This document shows, in pieces, positions 38,755 to 47,835 of a DNA stretch of 64,000 nucleotides (positions within the stretch are counted from its first letter, which is position 1; every line of letters starts with the position of its first letter). Source of the DNA: Candidatus Calditenuaceae archaeon HR02. Its GTDB lineage: Archaea > Thermoproteota > Nitrososphaeria_A > Caldarchaeales > Calditenuaceae. The stretch spans positions 1-64,000 of the forward strand of contig BEHE01000011.1 of the NCBI GenBank assembly GCA_002898395.1. Reading direction: 5' to 3'. The position numbers and the translations under genes are program-made. The notes beneath the pieces are model-generated. The model was not told the DNA's origin, did no database searches, and saw only the letters and a list, made by a program, of their open reading frames with translations.

Positions 38755-40107
38755 TCACCCCACAATTTTATTTTTCATAACGAGGTTATAGACGAGCTCT
38801 GCTATTAGCGGTGCTGAGCCTATGTATTCGTCGGCGCTTTTCGGAAGTATCTCGGAGGCTTGGAGCCCACGCGTGGCTAAGACTTCTCTAACCCGGTTCA
38901 AGTAGTCTGCGCCACCCGCGCCGAGGGCTCTAAGCTCGTCAAGCAGGTCCACACCCCTCAGCCTGGATCTTATCTGGACGGCCTCGGCGAGGACTTCGGG
39001 GTGCCGCTCCAAGTCCCTCCTAGCCTCCCCCCTGTCAACCTCCATACGCTCGAGGTAGGTTGAGAGGTTTTTGACGCCGATTAGCAGGTGGGCTAGAGCG
39101 ACCCCATAGTTCCTCTTAATCGTTGAGTCTGAGAGGTCTCGCTGGAGTCTCGAGACCAGTAGCCTGGATGCGAGGAATGAGAGCATGTTTGAGGCTATCT
39201 CCAGGTTCCCCTCAGCGTTCTCGAGCTCGACTGGGTTGCTCTTCTGCGGCATGGTTGTGGAGCCCACACCGCGCGGCCTCGGATAGACTAGGCCGAGCAT
39301 GGTTAGGAGCCAGAGGTCTCTGCAAAGATCCACGAGCACCATCGATGCCACTGAGAGCTCGTAGAGGAGGCGCGAGACGTCGTCATGAGGAATCACCTGC
39401 TTGGTCGCGAGCCAGTGGACGAGGCCTAGCGATTCGACAAGCCTCCTCGAGACATCCAGCGCATCACTCCCGAAGACTTCCATCAAGCCTGCATAAGTGC
39501 CCACGGCCCCAGAGACCTTCCCAGGCAGCCGCACCTCACCAATATGCCTGAGACACGTCAAAAGCCTGTAGGCGTGTACTGCCAGCTCCTTCCCCAGAGT
39601 CGTAGGGACTGCCGGGCGCCCATGCGTCCGCGCAACGATCACCGTGAATCTCTCCCTATACGCAGTCTCAACTAGGTCTTGCAGGAGCTTCTCGAGGGCT
39701 GGTGTTATGACCGTTGAGATTGCATCCCTCAGCGCCAGGGAGTGGGCTAGATTATTCACGTCCTCCGAGGTGAGGCCGATGTGTACTAAATGCCCAACCT
39801 CTCCGAGGCCCTCCTCATCAAGCCTTTTCCTCAGAAATCTGACCACCGCCTCCACGTCATGCCTCGTCTCAGCCTCGATAGCCTTTACAGCCTCGACACC
39901 ACTTTCGTTAAACCTAGAGACTATCTCGTCGAGCCTTGCTGAGAGCCTCTCGAGCAGGCGGGGTGCAAACCTCTCAGCGACCAGCTTCAGATACTCTGAC
40001 TCGACCCGGAGCCTGTACCTAATCAGGGCCTCCTCAGAGAAGTATGACTGGAGCTCGGAGACAAGCGGCCCGTAGCGGCCGTCGACAGGAGATATCGCCC
40101 CTCTCAC
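38755..40107 (-). CDS. purB: Adenylosuccinate lyase
   Basis: ISPVDGRY, HDVEAV, GLTSEDVN, RTHG, GSTTMPQKSNP, SRLQRDLSD. Confidence 0.92.
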   Translation of the reverse strand: MRGAISPVDGRYGPLVSELQSYFSEEALIRYRLRVESEYLKLVAERFAPRLLERLSARLDEIVSRFNESGVEAVKAIEAETRHDVEAVVRFLRKRLDEEGLGEVGHLVHIGLTSEDVNNLAHSLALRDAISTVITPALEKLLQDLVETAYRERFTVIVARTHGRPAVPTTLGKELAVHAYRLLTCLRHIGEVRLPGKVSGAVGTYAGLMEVFGSDALDVSRRLVESLGLVHWLATKQVIPHDDVSRLLYELSVASMVLVDLCRDLWLLTMLGLVYPRPRGVGSTTMPQKSNPVELENAEGNLEIASNMLSFLASRLLVSRLQRDLSDSTIKRNYGVALAHLLIGVKNLSTYLERMEVDRGEARRDLERHPEVLAEAVQIRSRLRGVDLLDELRALGAGGADYLNRVREVLATRGLQASEILPKSADEYIGSAPLIAELVYNLVMKNKIVG

Positions 40108-40193
40108 ATAGCTTAGCTCTTGGTCGGAAGTTTAATCCCTTTTCCACATCTCTGCGGGAAGAGTAGATTAAGCCGACTTAACCACTAATCACT

Positions 40194-40769
40194 GTGTTAA
40201 CCCCCCTCGAGAAGGCCCTCCTAGAGGGCGAGCTTGGAGGACAGGCAAGGTGGAGGGTGGAGTATCTTTTCGTAGAGGATTCGGGGGAGGATGGATCGAT
40301 AATTCTCACCCTTTCAGAAGGTGTTGGGGAGGGCTGTGAGAGGCTACACATGGTTAGTTGCTATCTTGGCAGGCTTCCCCTCAGGGCCGGATCTGTGGGC
40401 GGCGCCGTCGTCAGGCAGCACAGCGGCTCCGACACCCTCAGCCTGATACTGTTTGAGGTCAACAGGGCCCTGGTCGATGGGGGGGCACTAGTCCTCTCGG
40501 CCAAAGTCGACGACCCGTCACGGCTGCTGGTTAAGCACGGGTTCGCCCTCGTCTCAGAGCATAGGCCAGGGGGTGGGGAGGGCTTCTCCGTGACACTCTC
40601 GAGGAAGGCTTGGAGAAAATATCTGGGCGACGCATGTCCAAGGTGTGGCAGCACCCACATACTCCCATTAATTCCCCCCGACGCAAACGTCAGGAAGGTC
40701 TGGACACTATATTGCTCCTCTTGCTCCTACAACTGGAGCGTCGAGGAGCCGATAACCGAGTGGATTTAG
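40194..40769 (+). CDS. Hypothetical protein with C-terminal zinc ribbon
   Basis: CPRCGS..CSSC; central LPLRAGSVG..EVNRALVDGG resembles a decayed class I methyltransferase half. Confidence 0.6.
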   Translation: MLTPLEKALLEGELGGQARWRVEYLFVEDSGEDGSIILTLSEGVGEGCERLHMVSCYLGRLPLRAGSVGGAVVRQHSGSDTLSLILFEVNRALVDGGALVLSAKVDDPSRLLVKHGFALVSEHRPGGGEGFSVTLSRKAWRKYLGDACPRCGSTHILPLIPPDANVRKVWTLYCSSCSYNWSVEEPITEWI

Positions 40770-41343
40770 CCGGAAGATATAGAAGCCCTTCCGATTGGTC
40801 CCCAAGGGCCAGGCACATTCCCTTGTAATGGAGTAGAGCGACGTAGGCGCAGGTAGCGGCGTCAACCATGTCTAGGCTTGGAGAGCGGGGGAGCCTAAGC
40901 CCAAGCCTCCTCAGTCCAGATGCGATGGGCGCCGCTTTTCTCTGCCCACTCCTCCAGATGCAGAGAATCCTCTGAGCACCGCTCGGAAAAGTCTCAATTA
41001 CCTTGAACCCCATCTCTCTAAGGAGCGCTGCAAGCCTCATACCCCTCTCGGCCAACAGCCTCATAGACAGGAGGGAGACCGGGAAGATCCTAATCCCCAA
41101 CCTCCTAACTTCCCTATCGCAGAGCCTGTAGCCGCGGCCCCAGGCCCCTGAAGGGTAGGATAGTGGTGCGTCGATGGCCACGCAGAGAGGAGAGTAGGCC
41201 TGGGCCAGCCCAGCTATCTCCTCGTCGAGCCGCGCCTCATAGAAGCCCGTAGAACCTTCTGTCGATAGGATGCAGATTGATGTGGGCCGCCGCGGAGTGG
41301 CCGTCAAGTCCACACCCATGAAACATTCACAGCCAGGGCGCAT
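40690..41343 (-). CDS. DUF429 family predicted nuclease (RNase H-like)
   Basis: GVDL, AIDAPLS, R.CD, IETFP, DAATCA; start shortened from the ORF track. Confidence 0.82.
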   Translation of the reverse strand: MRPGCECFMGVDLTATPRRPTSICILSTEGSTGFYEARLDEEIAGLAQAYSPLCVAIDAPLSYPSGAWGRGYRLCDREVRRLGIRIFPVSLLSMRLLAERGMRLAALLREMGFKVIETFPSGAQRILCIWRSGQRKAAPIASGLRRLGLRLPRSPSLDMVDAATCAYVALLHYKGMCLALGDQSEGLLYLPAKSTRLSAPRRSSCRSKRSNIVSRPS

Positions 41344-41570
41344 GAACAACCATCCACTCCTCGAGCACAACCCAGCCACGCAAGAACCAGCACCCAATCC
41401 GCTAAGAGCGGCCACGCCGCCTCTTTTATTCTCCCCGCCAACACGGCATAGACCAGTCAACACCAGTTTGTTGCGGCATCCACAACCCCCTAAAGCCTAC
41501 ACCCCCACGGGCTTAGGGCGGCGTGTTGAGAGCCTTGGAAACGGGTAGTAACGAAAGAATTATTAGCAGA

Positions 41571-42155
41571 ATGGGCAGCAACGTAGCTGTGCCCCCGCTT
41601 TCCACTCTCTCAGCCTTCTTCTCCAGTAGGAGTGTGAGGGTAAACGCCCTCCTCGGTGGCCTATCCTTCACGATTCTATATGTTTTCGCTGTGGGAATTG
41701 TCTACTGGTCCCCCACGCCGCTGCCAAATTATATCAACACACCGGCCACCGAGATCGTAATCTCTCAAAACATTCTAGCATCAGGTGTTTTAATCTACCT
41801 TGACGGGGGCTTGGTCATCTCCCTCACCATCGAACCACTCCTAGTTACCTCCATCCTATCACTACTATTCTCTCTAAACATAGCTCTACTCACGCACTAC
41901 TCTAAGGCAATAGGCCACAGATGTGCTGCGAGACGCTACACCCCCCTACTCTCCATATTCCCATCACTCTTCACATCCTACAGCTGCTGCGGACCTGGAC
42001 TCATCCCCCTGATCCTCAGCGCGGTGGGATTTGGTGCAGGCTTAGTGATCCTGCTGAGAGCCCTGACATATCTTACAGCGGCCGTATCGGCGCTTCTATT
42101 AGCGGTGAGCGCACTATTGATGTATAGGCAGGCGAGGCATGCTGCGTCGACCTAA
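41571..42155 (+). CDS. Membrane protein with SCCG motif
   Basis: About 4 TM, SYSCCGP; overlaps the redoxin gene. Confidence 0.7.
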   Translation: MGSNVAVPPLSTLSAFFSSRSVRVNALLGGLSFTILYVFAVGIVYWSPTPLPNYINTPATEIVISQNILASGVLIYLDGGLVISLTIEPLLVTSILSLLFSLNIALLTHYSKAIGHRCAARRYTPLLSIFPSLFTSYSCCGPGLIPLILSAVGFGAGLVILLRALTYLTAAVSALLLAVSALLMYRQARHAAST

Positions 42156-42819
42156 GATCAGGAAGAGGAGCTTAGCGGTTACGCTCTCGGTCATAACCCT
42201 TGTTACTGTTGCCGCGATGCTTCTCTATTTCGCGGCCCCGTGGAAGAGTGGGGTGTCAAGCGGTGGGTATGAGGGTTTGAGGCGGCCCTGGTACAATGGG
42301 GGTAAGCTCTCTCCCTACGTGGGGGACTTGGCGCCTGATTTTGAAGCCATGACCATAGATGGCTTATCTGTTAGGCTCTCAGAGCTACGGGGTAGGCCCG
42401 TCATTGTGTGGTTTATGGCTGCCTGGTGTCCGAGCTGCACCGTTGTGGGAGAGGCTATCAGGGATGTGGCCAGTGGTAAGGCAGAGGTAGTGGTGATCGA
42501 TGTCTGGACACCCAAGTTTATCTCGAAGCTTGGGCTTATGGGAGGAGACCTAGTTCCACCCCCAGAGGGTGAGGTGGAGCTTAGAACATTCGTCCAGAGG
42601 CTAGGAGCTAGGGATTGGCTACTTATACTTGACAGCGACTCCTCGCTCAGCGGACAATACGCCCTGACACGCGTAGACACACTCTTCGTTATAAGCCGCG
42701 AAGGCATAATAGTATTGAGAAGCGACGGCCCTACCACCCGGTCGATACTTGAGGCCGCACTGAAGGAAGCTGAGGCTAGACAGTCAACCCAGAACTGTCC
42801 AATCTGCCCCGGATACTGA
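42139..42819 (+). CDS. Membrane-anchored TlpA/ResA-like thioredoxin-fold protein
   Basis: N-terminal TM, GDLAPDF, WCPSC; extra C-terminal CPICP. Confidence 0.85.
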   Translation: MLRRPKIRKRSLAVTLSVITLVTVAAMLLYFAAPWKSGVSSGGYEGLRRPWYNGGKLSPYVGDLAPDFEAMTIDGLSVRLSELRGRPVIVWFMAAWCPSCTVVGEAIRDVASGKAEVVVIDVWTPKFISKLGLMGGDLVPPPEGEVELRTFVQRLGARDWLLILDSDSSLSGQYALTRVDTLFVISREGIIVLRSDGPTTRSILEAALKEAEARQSTQNCPICPGY

Positions 42820-42851
42820 TTAGCGCTATACCACCTCCCCGATAGTTGAGC

Positions 42852-43625
42852 CTAGAGTTCACTCAAGACCCTCTTGATCCACTCTGCGGTAGCGGAGATT
42901 ACCCTACCCTCGGTCTCGTATCCAGTGAAGGTGTGGTCAGCATCTTCTAAGACAATCTTCTCCCGCGGCTCACCCGCCGCGCCGTAAATAATGTCCGCGT
43001 GCTCAGGGGGGACGAGCGAGTCCTTGGCCCCGTGGACAACCAACAGTGGTCGCGGCGAGATCTTAGCCACCGCTTCAGCCAAGTCGTAATTCAGGAGCTC
43101 CTGAAACATCTTGACGCTCACGCGGAACCCAGACGGCAGGTCCAGATATTCTCCCACCAACCTGCCTGGCGCGATTATCTCCTCTGCGTGTCGTGAGAGG
43201 AGCATGAAGTTGCCTGGCGCGGACCAAGTGCAGACAAACCTAATCCTGGGATCGCGGGAGGCCCTGACTATCGAGACCGCACCACCCATACTCAAGCCCA
43301 GCACACCGATCCTTCCATGATCAACGTCAGGCCTCTCGGAGACGTAGTCCAGCATGCTGCCGAGGTCCTCAACCTCACTAGTAAAAGTCGCCTCGCTAAA
43401 CTCACCCTCACTCTCGCCGGAACCATAGAAGTCGAAGCGCACCACGAGAAGCCCCCTTCTACAGAGCTCTCGGGCGGCTCGGACAAAGAGGCGATGAGCC
43501 TCAATCCTGTTGCCAGTGAATCCATGACACATAACGAGGACAGGCGCCGGAGACTGGCTGGGAACATGGACCATGCATGCGAGCCTACCTCGAGGCCCTG
43601 CCACCCAAACAAACTCTTCCCGCAC
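42852..43625 (-). CDS. Alpha/beta hydrolase
   Basis: HGFTG, GLSMGG, HGAKD, ADH. Confidence 0.9.
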   Translation of the reverse strand: MREEFVWVAGPRGRLACMVHVPSQSPAPVLVMCHGFTGNRIEAHRLFVRAARELCRRGLLVVRFDFYGSGESEGEFSEATFTSEVEDLGSMLDYVSERPDVDHGRIGVLGLSMGGAVSIVRASRDPRIRFVCTWSAPGNFMLLSRHAEEIIAPGRLVGEYLDLPSGFRVSVKMFQELLNYDLAEAVAKISPRPLLVVHGAKDSLVPPEHADIIYGAAGEPREKIVLEDADHTFTGYETEGRVISATAEWIKRVLSEL

Positions 43626-43746
43626 AACCTAGAACGGCACACTTCAATACAAATAGTTTATACACATTAGGATAGCGACTCCATCCACCTGACACTTATC
43701 AGCACAGCCAAAGTGGTGTGCGCCCTCATTCCATATTATCTCCTAG

Positions 43747-43970
43747 AGTCTAAGAAGGGATGTTTTTGTGTTCTATGTCCATCCCGAGGACTATAAAAGT
43801 TCTTGGAGAAGGTCAGAGCATCTATACCCAGGAAGAAGTGTCTCATCGAACTCACGATAAAGATGATACAGTATCACATGGACGAGAAAGAGAAGGGAAG
43901 GCCTGTTAGAAGATTTGTAATATGTCGCAGAGAGATATCTGCAGGAGTGTGATGAAGCGCATACGAAAAC
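43747..43970 (+). pseudogene. 3' remnant of a LAGLIDADG-type endonuclease gene facing tRNA-Pro
   Basis: SLRRDVFVFYVHPEDYK/KFLEKVRASIPRKKCLIELTIK aligns with SRRDVYYIRIWRGFNKRFYEKVGF/TIERKR at 52198-52290; DNA homologous to the reverse complement of 58469-58650. Confidence 0.7.
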
Positions 43971-44034
43971 CCGCCCCCCTCCCTCCTTTATACCTTCTTT
44001 CTCACAACATTGAAAAAGCTCCAATTATTAAAAT

Positions 44035-44110
44035 TGGGGCCGGCCGGATTTGAACCGGCGACCTCCCGGGCCCGAGCCGGGCATCTTAGACCATGCTCGA
44101 CCACGGCCCC
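44035..44110 (-). tRNA. tRNA-Pro(CGG)
   Basis: GGGGCCG acceptor stem, CCCGG-CT-CGG-GC-CCGGG anticodon arm, GTTCAAATC T-loop; CCA not encoded. Confidence 0.95.
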
Positions 44111-44165
44111 CCTACGGCACTATGCAGACGCGCAAAAATAAACGTAATCCGGGCTGGAGGGATTG

Positions 44166-44396
44166 TTAGACGACTATAGCGGTTTCGGTTCTCTCCACCC
44201 CGTCGATTGTGTGTATCTTGGACAGCACCGTGTCTGTCAGCTTCTTCAAGTCTTCAGCCTCAATCAGGACTAGTACGTCATACCTGCCGGTAATCATGCA
44301 TGCGAGTCTGCATCCCGAAATTTTCCCAACCTGCTCTGCTACGTCCTTAGCCTTGCCCGCCCTCGTCGTGATGAAGACATATGCCTGGACCGCCAC
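44166..44396 (-). CDS. Lrp/AsnC ligand-binding-domain protein
   Basis: AYVFIT, ITGRYDVL, IDGVERTET. Confidence 0.88.
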   Translation of the reverse strand: MAVQAYVFITTRAGKAKDVAEQVGKISGCRLACMITGRYDVLVLIEAEDLKKLTDTVLSKIHTIDGVERTETAIVV

Positions 44397-44439
44397 AACT
44401 ACTCTACTGCCATATAACCGTATATCCTTTCCTCTTTAA

Positions 44440-45027
44440 CCAGGACTTCACAGACCCCTACCGCATTTGTGAAGTGTGGAGGGGTGGTGAGTGAACTGTG
44501 AAGTGTGAAATATGACCCGGGGATTCTGGAAAGTATATCTATGGATTATGTAGGTGTTACCTATATATGGATACTTGCAGTTTTCGGGTATCTCTCCGGG
44601 ATGCGTGATTGCTGCAGAAAATGAGCATTATCAAACCATCAGAGTCGGGGTCCGAGGTCTTTGATACCCATAACTCTACCCGGTTAAGATGGTGGTGAAA
44701 GGGTGAACGCCAACATTCCACAGGCTCCATTGGAAATGGAGGGGTTCTAAAGACCTCAACCCCATTCACAGTGAAAAGCCGCGAAAAACAGCTCCTCGGA
44801 CAGAAAGGGGAGAGTTAAGCCCTTAGGCCAAAGACCTATAATTGGCGGCTCAGATGAGTGGAGTAGCCAAACCAGCTTTAACGCCCCCACCCCACCCATT
44901 CGAGTGGAAATTAACTAGAATCAACACAAACAGAGAAGAGAAAATAAAATTAGATAAATAATTCTTCTCGTCCTAGAATTTTTTGACATAGCTATCATTA
45001 ACACTGCTAGCTATCTCTTGAATTGTT
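44440..45027. other. Probable replication origin (oriC) upstream of cdc6
   Basis: ORB-like TCCATTGGAAATGGAGGGGT at 44726-44745, an inverted ORB-like CCCCCACCCCACCCATTCGAGTGGAAA at 44884-44910, and an AT-rich tract ~44910-45020. Confidence 0.75.
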
Positions 45028-46299
45028 GTGGACGGCTTTCAGTTGAAGGAGAGGGGTGACCCTCTGGGCGACCTGCTGGCTAGGGTTTCTACAACGTCGC
45101 GCATATTCAAGGACAGAGAGGTTCTGCGAGCAGACTACATTCCTGGAAACCTTCCGCACAGGTGGGAGCATATCAAGAGGCTGGGTGAGATCGTCTCAAC
45201 AGGTCTCAAGATGCATAGGCCGAGTAACGTCTTCATATACGGCAAAACAGGGACGGGAAAGACCGCTGTTGTCAAGCATGTCTTCAAGAGGTTCTCTGCG
45301 GAGGCCGAGAAGCTCGGCATACCGCTCCGCTTCGTCTACATCAACTGCAGGATCGCTGGGACAGAGTATAGAGTCTTGGCCGAGCTCTGCGAATCCCTCG
45401 GGATCCAAGTCCCATTCACAGGCCTCTCGAAGAGCGAAGTCTTCAACAGGTTCCGAAGAGCTCACGTGTCTTCGCAGAACCTCCTGATAGTCTGTTTGGA
45501 TGAGATTGATATCTTGGTCAAAGGGTTTGGGGACGCCTTGCTATACGAGCTGACAAGGATTAATGAGGGTGTTGAGGGAGGCAAGCTCTCTCTCATTGGG
45601 GTGTCGAACGACCTCATGTTTAAGGAGATGCTAGACCCGAGGGTCTTAAGCAGTCTGAGCGAGGAGGAGATCGTCTTCCACCCATACACTGCCGTCGAGC
45701 TCGTCGACATTCTGAGCGAGAGGGCTAGACTCGCCTTTCACGAGGGCGCTGTCCCTCAATCGACTATAAACCTCTGTGCAGCGCTCGCTGCTGCTGAGCA
45801 CGGCGATGCTAGGAGAGCGCTCGACCTCTTGAGGGTGGCTGGAGAGATCGCTGAGAGGAATATGGCTGAGAGTGTTGAGGAGCAGCATGTTCGTATGGCG
45901 ATTGGCGTGATTGAACAGGGTCGCGTTTTCGAGGCCCTAACAACGCTCCCGCTCCACGGCAGGATTGTTCTACTTGCAGTCTACCAAGCGACACTCCGCT
46001 CACCAAGCAAAATAACCTCAGGTCTGGTCTACCAGTATTACCGCTCGCTCTGCAACCAGCTCGGCCTCGAACCACTCACCGATAGGAGGGTCAGCACCCT
46101 AATCTCGGAGCTAGACATGCTCGGAGTCCTCTCGAGCAGCGTCATAAGCTATGGGAGGTACGGGCGGACCAGGAAGATATCCTTGAAGATCCCCGTGGAC
46201 GAGGTCAGGCAGGCTCTGGAGCGCGACGAGTTTCTTTCCCACCTCATGGACCAGGAAGTGGCTCAGGCGGGTAGCGTGGAGAGTGAGCGAGGTAGCTAG
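45028..46299 (+). CDS. cdc6: Orc1/Cdc6 replication initiator
   Basis: YIP..LPHR, GKTGTGKT, LDEID, HGDARRALDLLR, GRYGRT. Confidence 0.96.
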   Translation: MDGFQLKERGDPLGDLLARVSTTSRIFKDREVLRADYIPGNLPHRWEHIKRLGEIVSTGLKMHRPSNVFIYGKTGTGKTAVVKHVFKRFSAEAEKLGIPLRFVYINCRIAGTEYRVLAELCESLGIQVPFTGLSKSEVFNRFRRAHVSSQNLLIVCLDEIDILVKGFGDALLYELTRINEGVEGGKLSLIGVSNDLMFKEMLDPRVLSSLSEEEIVFHPYTAVELVDILSERARLAFHEGAVPQSTINLCAALAAAEHGDARRALDLLRVAGEIAERNMAESVEEQHVRMAIGVIEQGRVFEALTTLPLHGRIVLLAVYQATLRSPSKITSGLVYQYYRSLCNQLGLEPLTDRRVSTLISELDMLGVLSSSVISYGRYGRTRKISLKIPVDEVRQALERDEFLSHLMDQEVAQAGSVESERGS

Positions 46300-47719
46300 G
46301 AGGCTTGCAGTCAAGGCGATCGAGCATGGCTATCAGCTCTCAGCCGAGGCTCTAGACAGGCTCCTCAGGGATGAGAATCCCTTAGGCCTTCTTGACGAGC
46401 TCCTTGCCTGGCTTGAGGCTAGGGGCACCAGCCAAGTAATAATTGACAGGCCCACGCTCGAGGTTTTCCTAGCGAGCAGAGTGGCTCGGGCCGGAGCCCC
46501 TGAAGAGGAGCAGCCCTTAGAGATCGTCCTCGAGTCGCCTACCTACGAGGACTTGTCGATAGAGGGTGTGTCGGAGGAGCAGCGAATCTATCTACTCTCT
46601 AGATTCCAGTCCATTCGGCGGGTATTCGAGGAGCGGGGCCTAGGACTCAGGCCGGCCAAGGAGCTGATGAGGGAGGAGGGTGAGGGCTATGTTGTTGGAA
46701 TGGTCTTGAGCATCGTGCGCCGAGATACGCATTTTCTAGTCGAGATGGAGGACCCTGTGGATACTTGGAGCCTAATAGCTCCCACACGCGACAGGGCCCT
46801 GGCAGCGAAGATGGAGTATATTCTGCAGGACATGGTCGTCGTCTTCCGTGCAAGGTCGAGGAGGGGACTATTGGTGGCGAGCGACGTCTACCTACCAGAC
46901 ACAGCGGGGAAGAAGCAGACATGGAGAGGCCCTGATAAGAACATATGCATAGTTTCAGACATCCACATAGGGAGTGAGAGACACGCGTCAGAGAGGTTCA
47001 GAAGCTTTCTCGACTGGGTCAGCAGTCCTGAGAACGAGGCCGAGAAGATAACTCTCCTAATAGTCAATGGAGACCTGGTCGACGGCGTGTATGTGTATCC
47101 TGGTCAGGAGTCCGAGCTCAGCCTTAAGTCGTATGCCGAGCAGTTCGCCGCCGCGGCTAAAGCCCTCTCAAGAATCCCGGCGCAGGTCAAGGTCGTCTAT
47201 GTGCCAGGGAACCACGAGCCCTGTAGGAGGGCGCTCCCCCAGCCGCCAGTTCAGATCAGGTATCGGCAGCTTCTCGGAGGCGGTGGCAGGATAGTCTACG
47301 CAGGCAACCCAGCGTGGATTAGGGTCGGGGGCCTAAAGATACTTGCATTCCACGGCCAGACGCTCGACGACGTGATACAGGCTGGGACGCTCTTCAGCTA
47401 CTCGACACTCCGCGAGAGGTCCAGTGAGATGATGGAGCTGCTCCTTAAGGCCAGACACTTGGCACCCACATTGGGCCTCTCCACACCCATACTACCCACG
47501 AGGACCGACTACCTCGCGGTACCCGAGCAGCCCGACATCCTCTGCCTAGGCCACACCCACGTAGCAGCCTACACAACCTATAAGGGAACACAGCTGGTAA
47601 ACAGCGGCTCATGGCAGGAGCAAACAAAGCTCCAAGAAAGCATAGGTCTTGAACCAACGGTCGGAACAGCGGTCCTACTAAACCTCAAATCCCTGTCAAT
47701 ACGCTTCCTATCCTTCTAG
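46283..47719 (+). CDS. DNA polymerase D small (proofreading) subunit DP1
   Basis: OB fold, SDIHIGS, GDLVDG.YPGQ, PGNHE, FHG, RHLAP, GHTH, NSGSWQ.QT. Confidence 0.92.
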   Translation: MSEVARRLAVKAIEHGYQLSAEALDRLLRDENPLGLLDELLAWLEARGTSQVIIDRPTLEVFLASRVARAGAPEEEQPLEIVLESPTYEDLSIEGVSEEQRIYLLSRFQSIRRVFEERGLGLRPAKELMREEGEGYVVGMVLSIVRRDTHFLVEMEDPVDTWSLIAPTRDRALAAKMEYILQDMVVVFRARSRRGLLVASDVYLPDTAGKKQTWRGPDKNICIVSDIHIGSERHASERFRSFLDWVSSPENEAEKITLLIVNGDLVDGVYVYPGQESELSLKSYAEQFAAAAKALSRIPAQVKVVYVPGNHEPCRRALPQPPVQIRYRQLLGGGGRIVYAGNPAWIRVGGLKILAFHGQTLDDVIQAGTLFSYSTLRERSSEMMELLLKARHLAPTLGLSTPILPTRTDYLAVPEQPDILCLGHTHVAAYTTYKGTQLVNSGSWQEQTKLQESIGLEPTVGTAVLLNLKSLSIRFLSF

Positions 47720-47835
47720 ACCGGCCGGGTGGTCTGGGGTTGGCGGATTCTTGCAGGCACTATATCAATCTTCCGCCATTAAAGCTGCATAGAATTATTA
47801 TTAGAGTTAGAGTTCTGACTTGTCCTGAAGACGGT

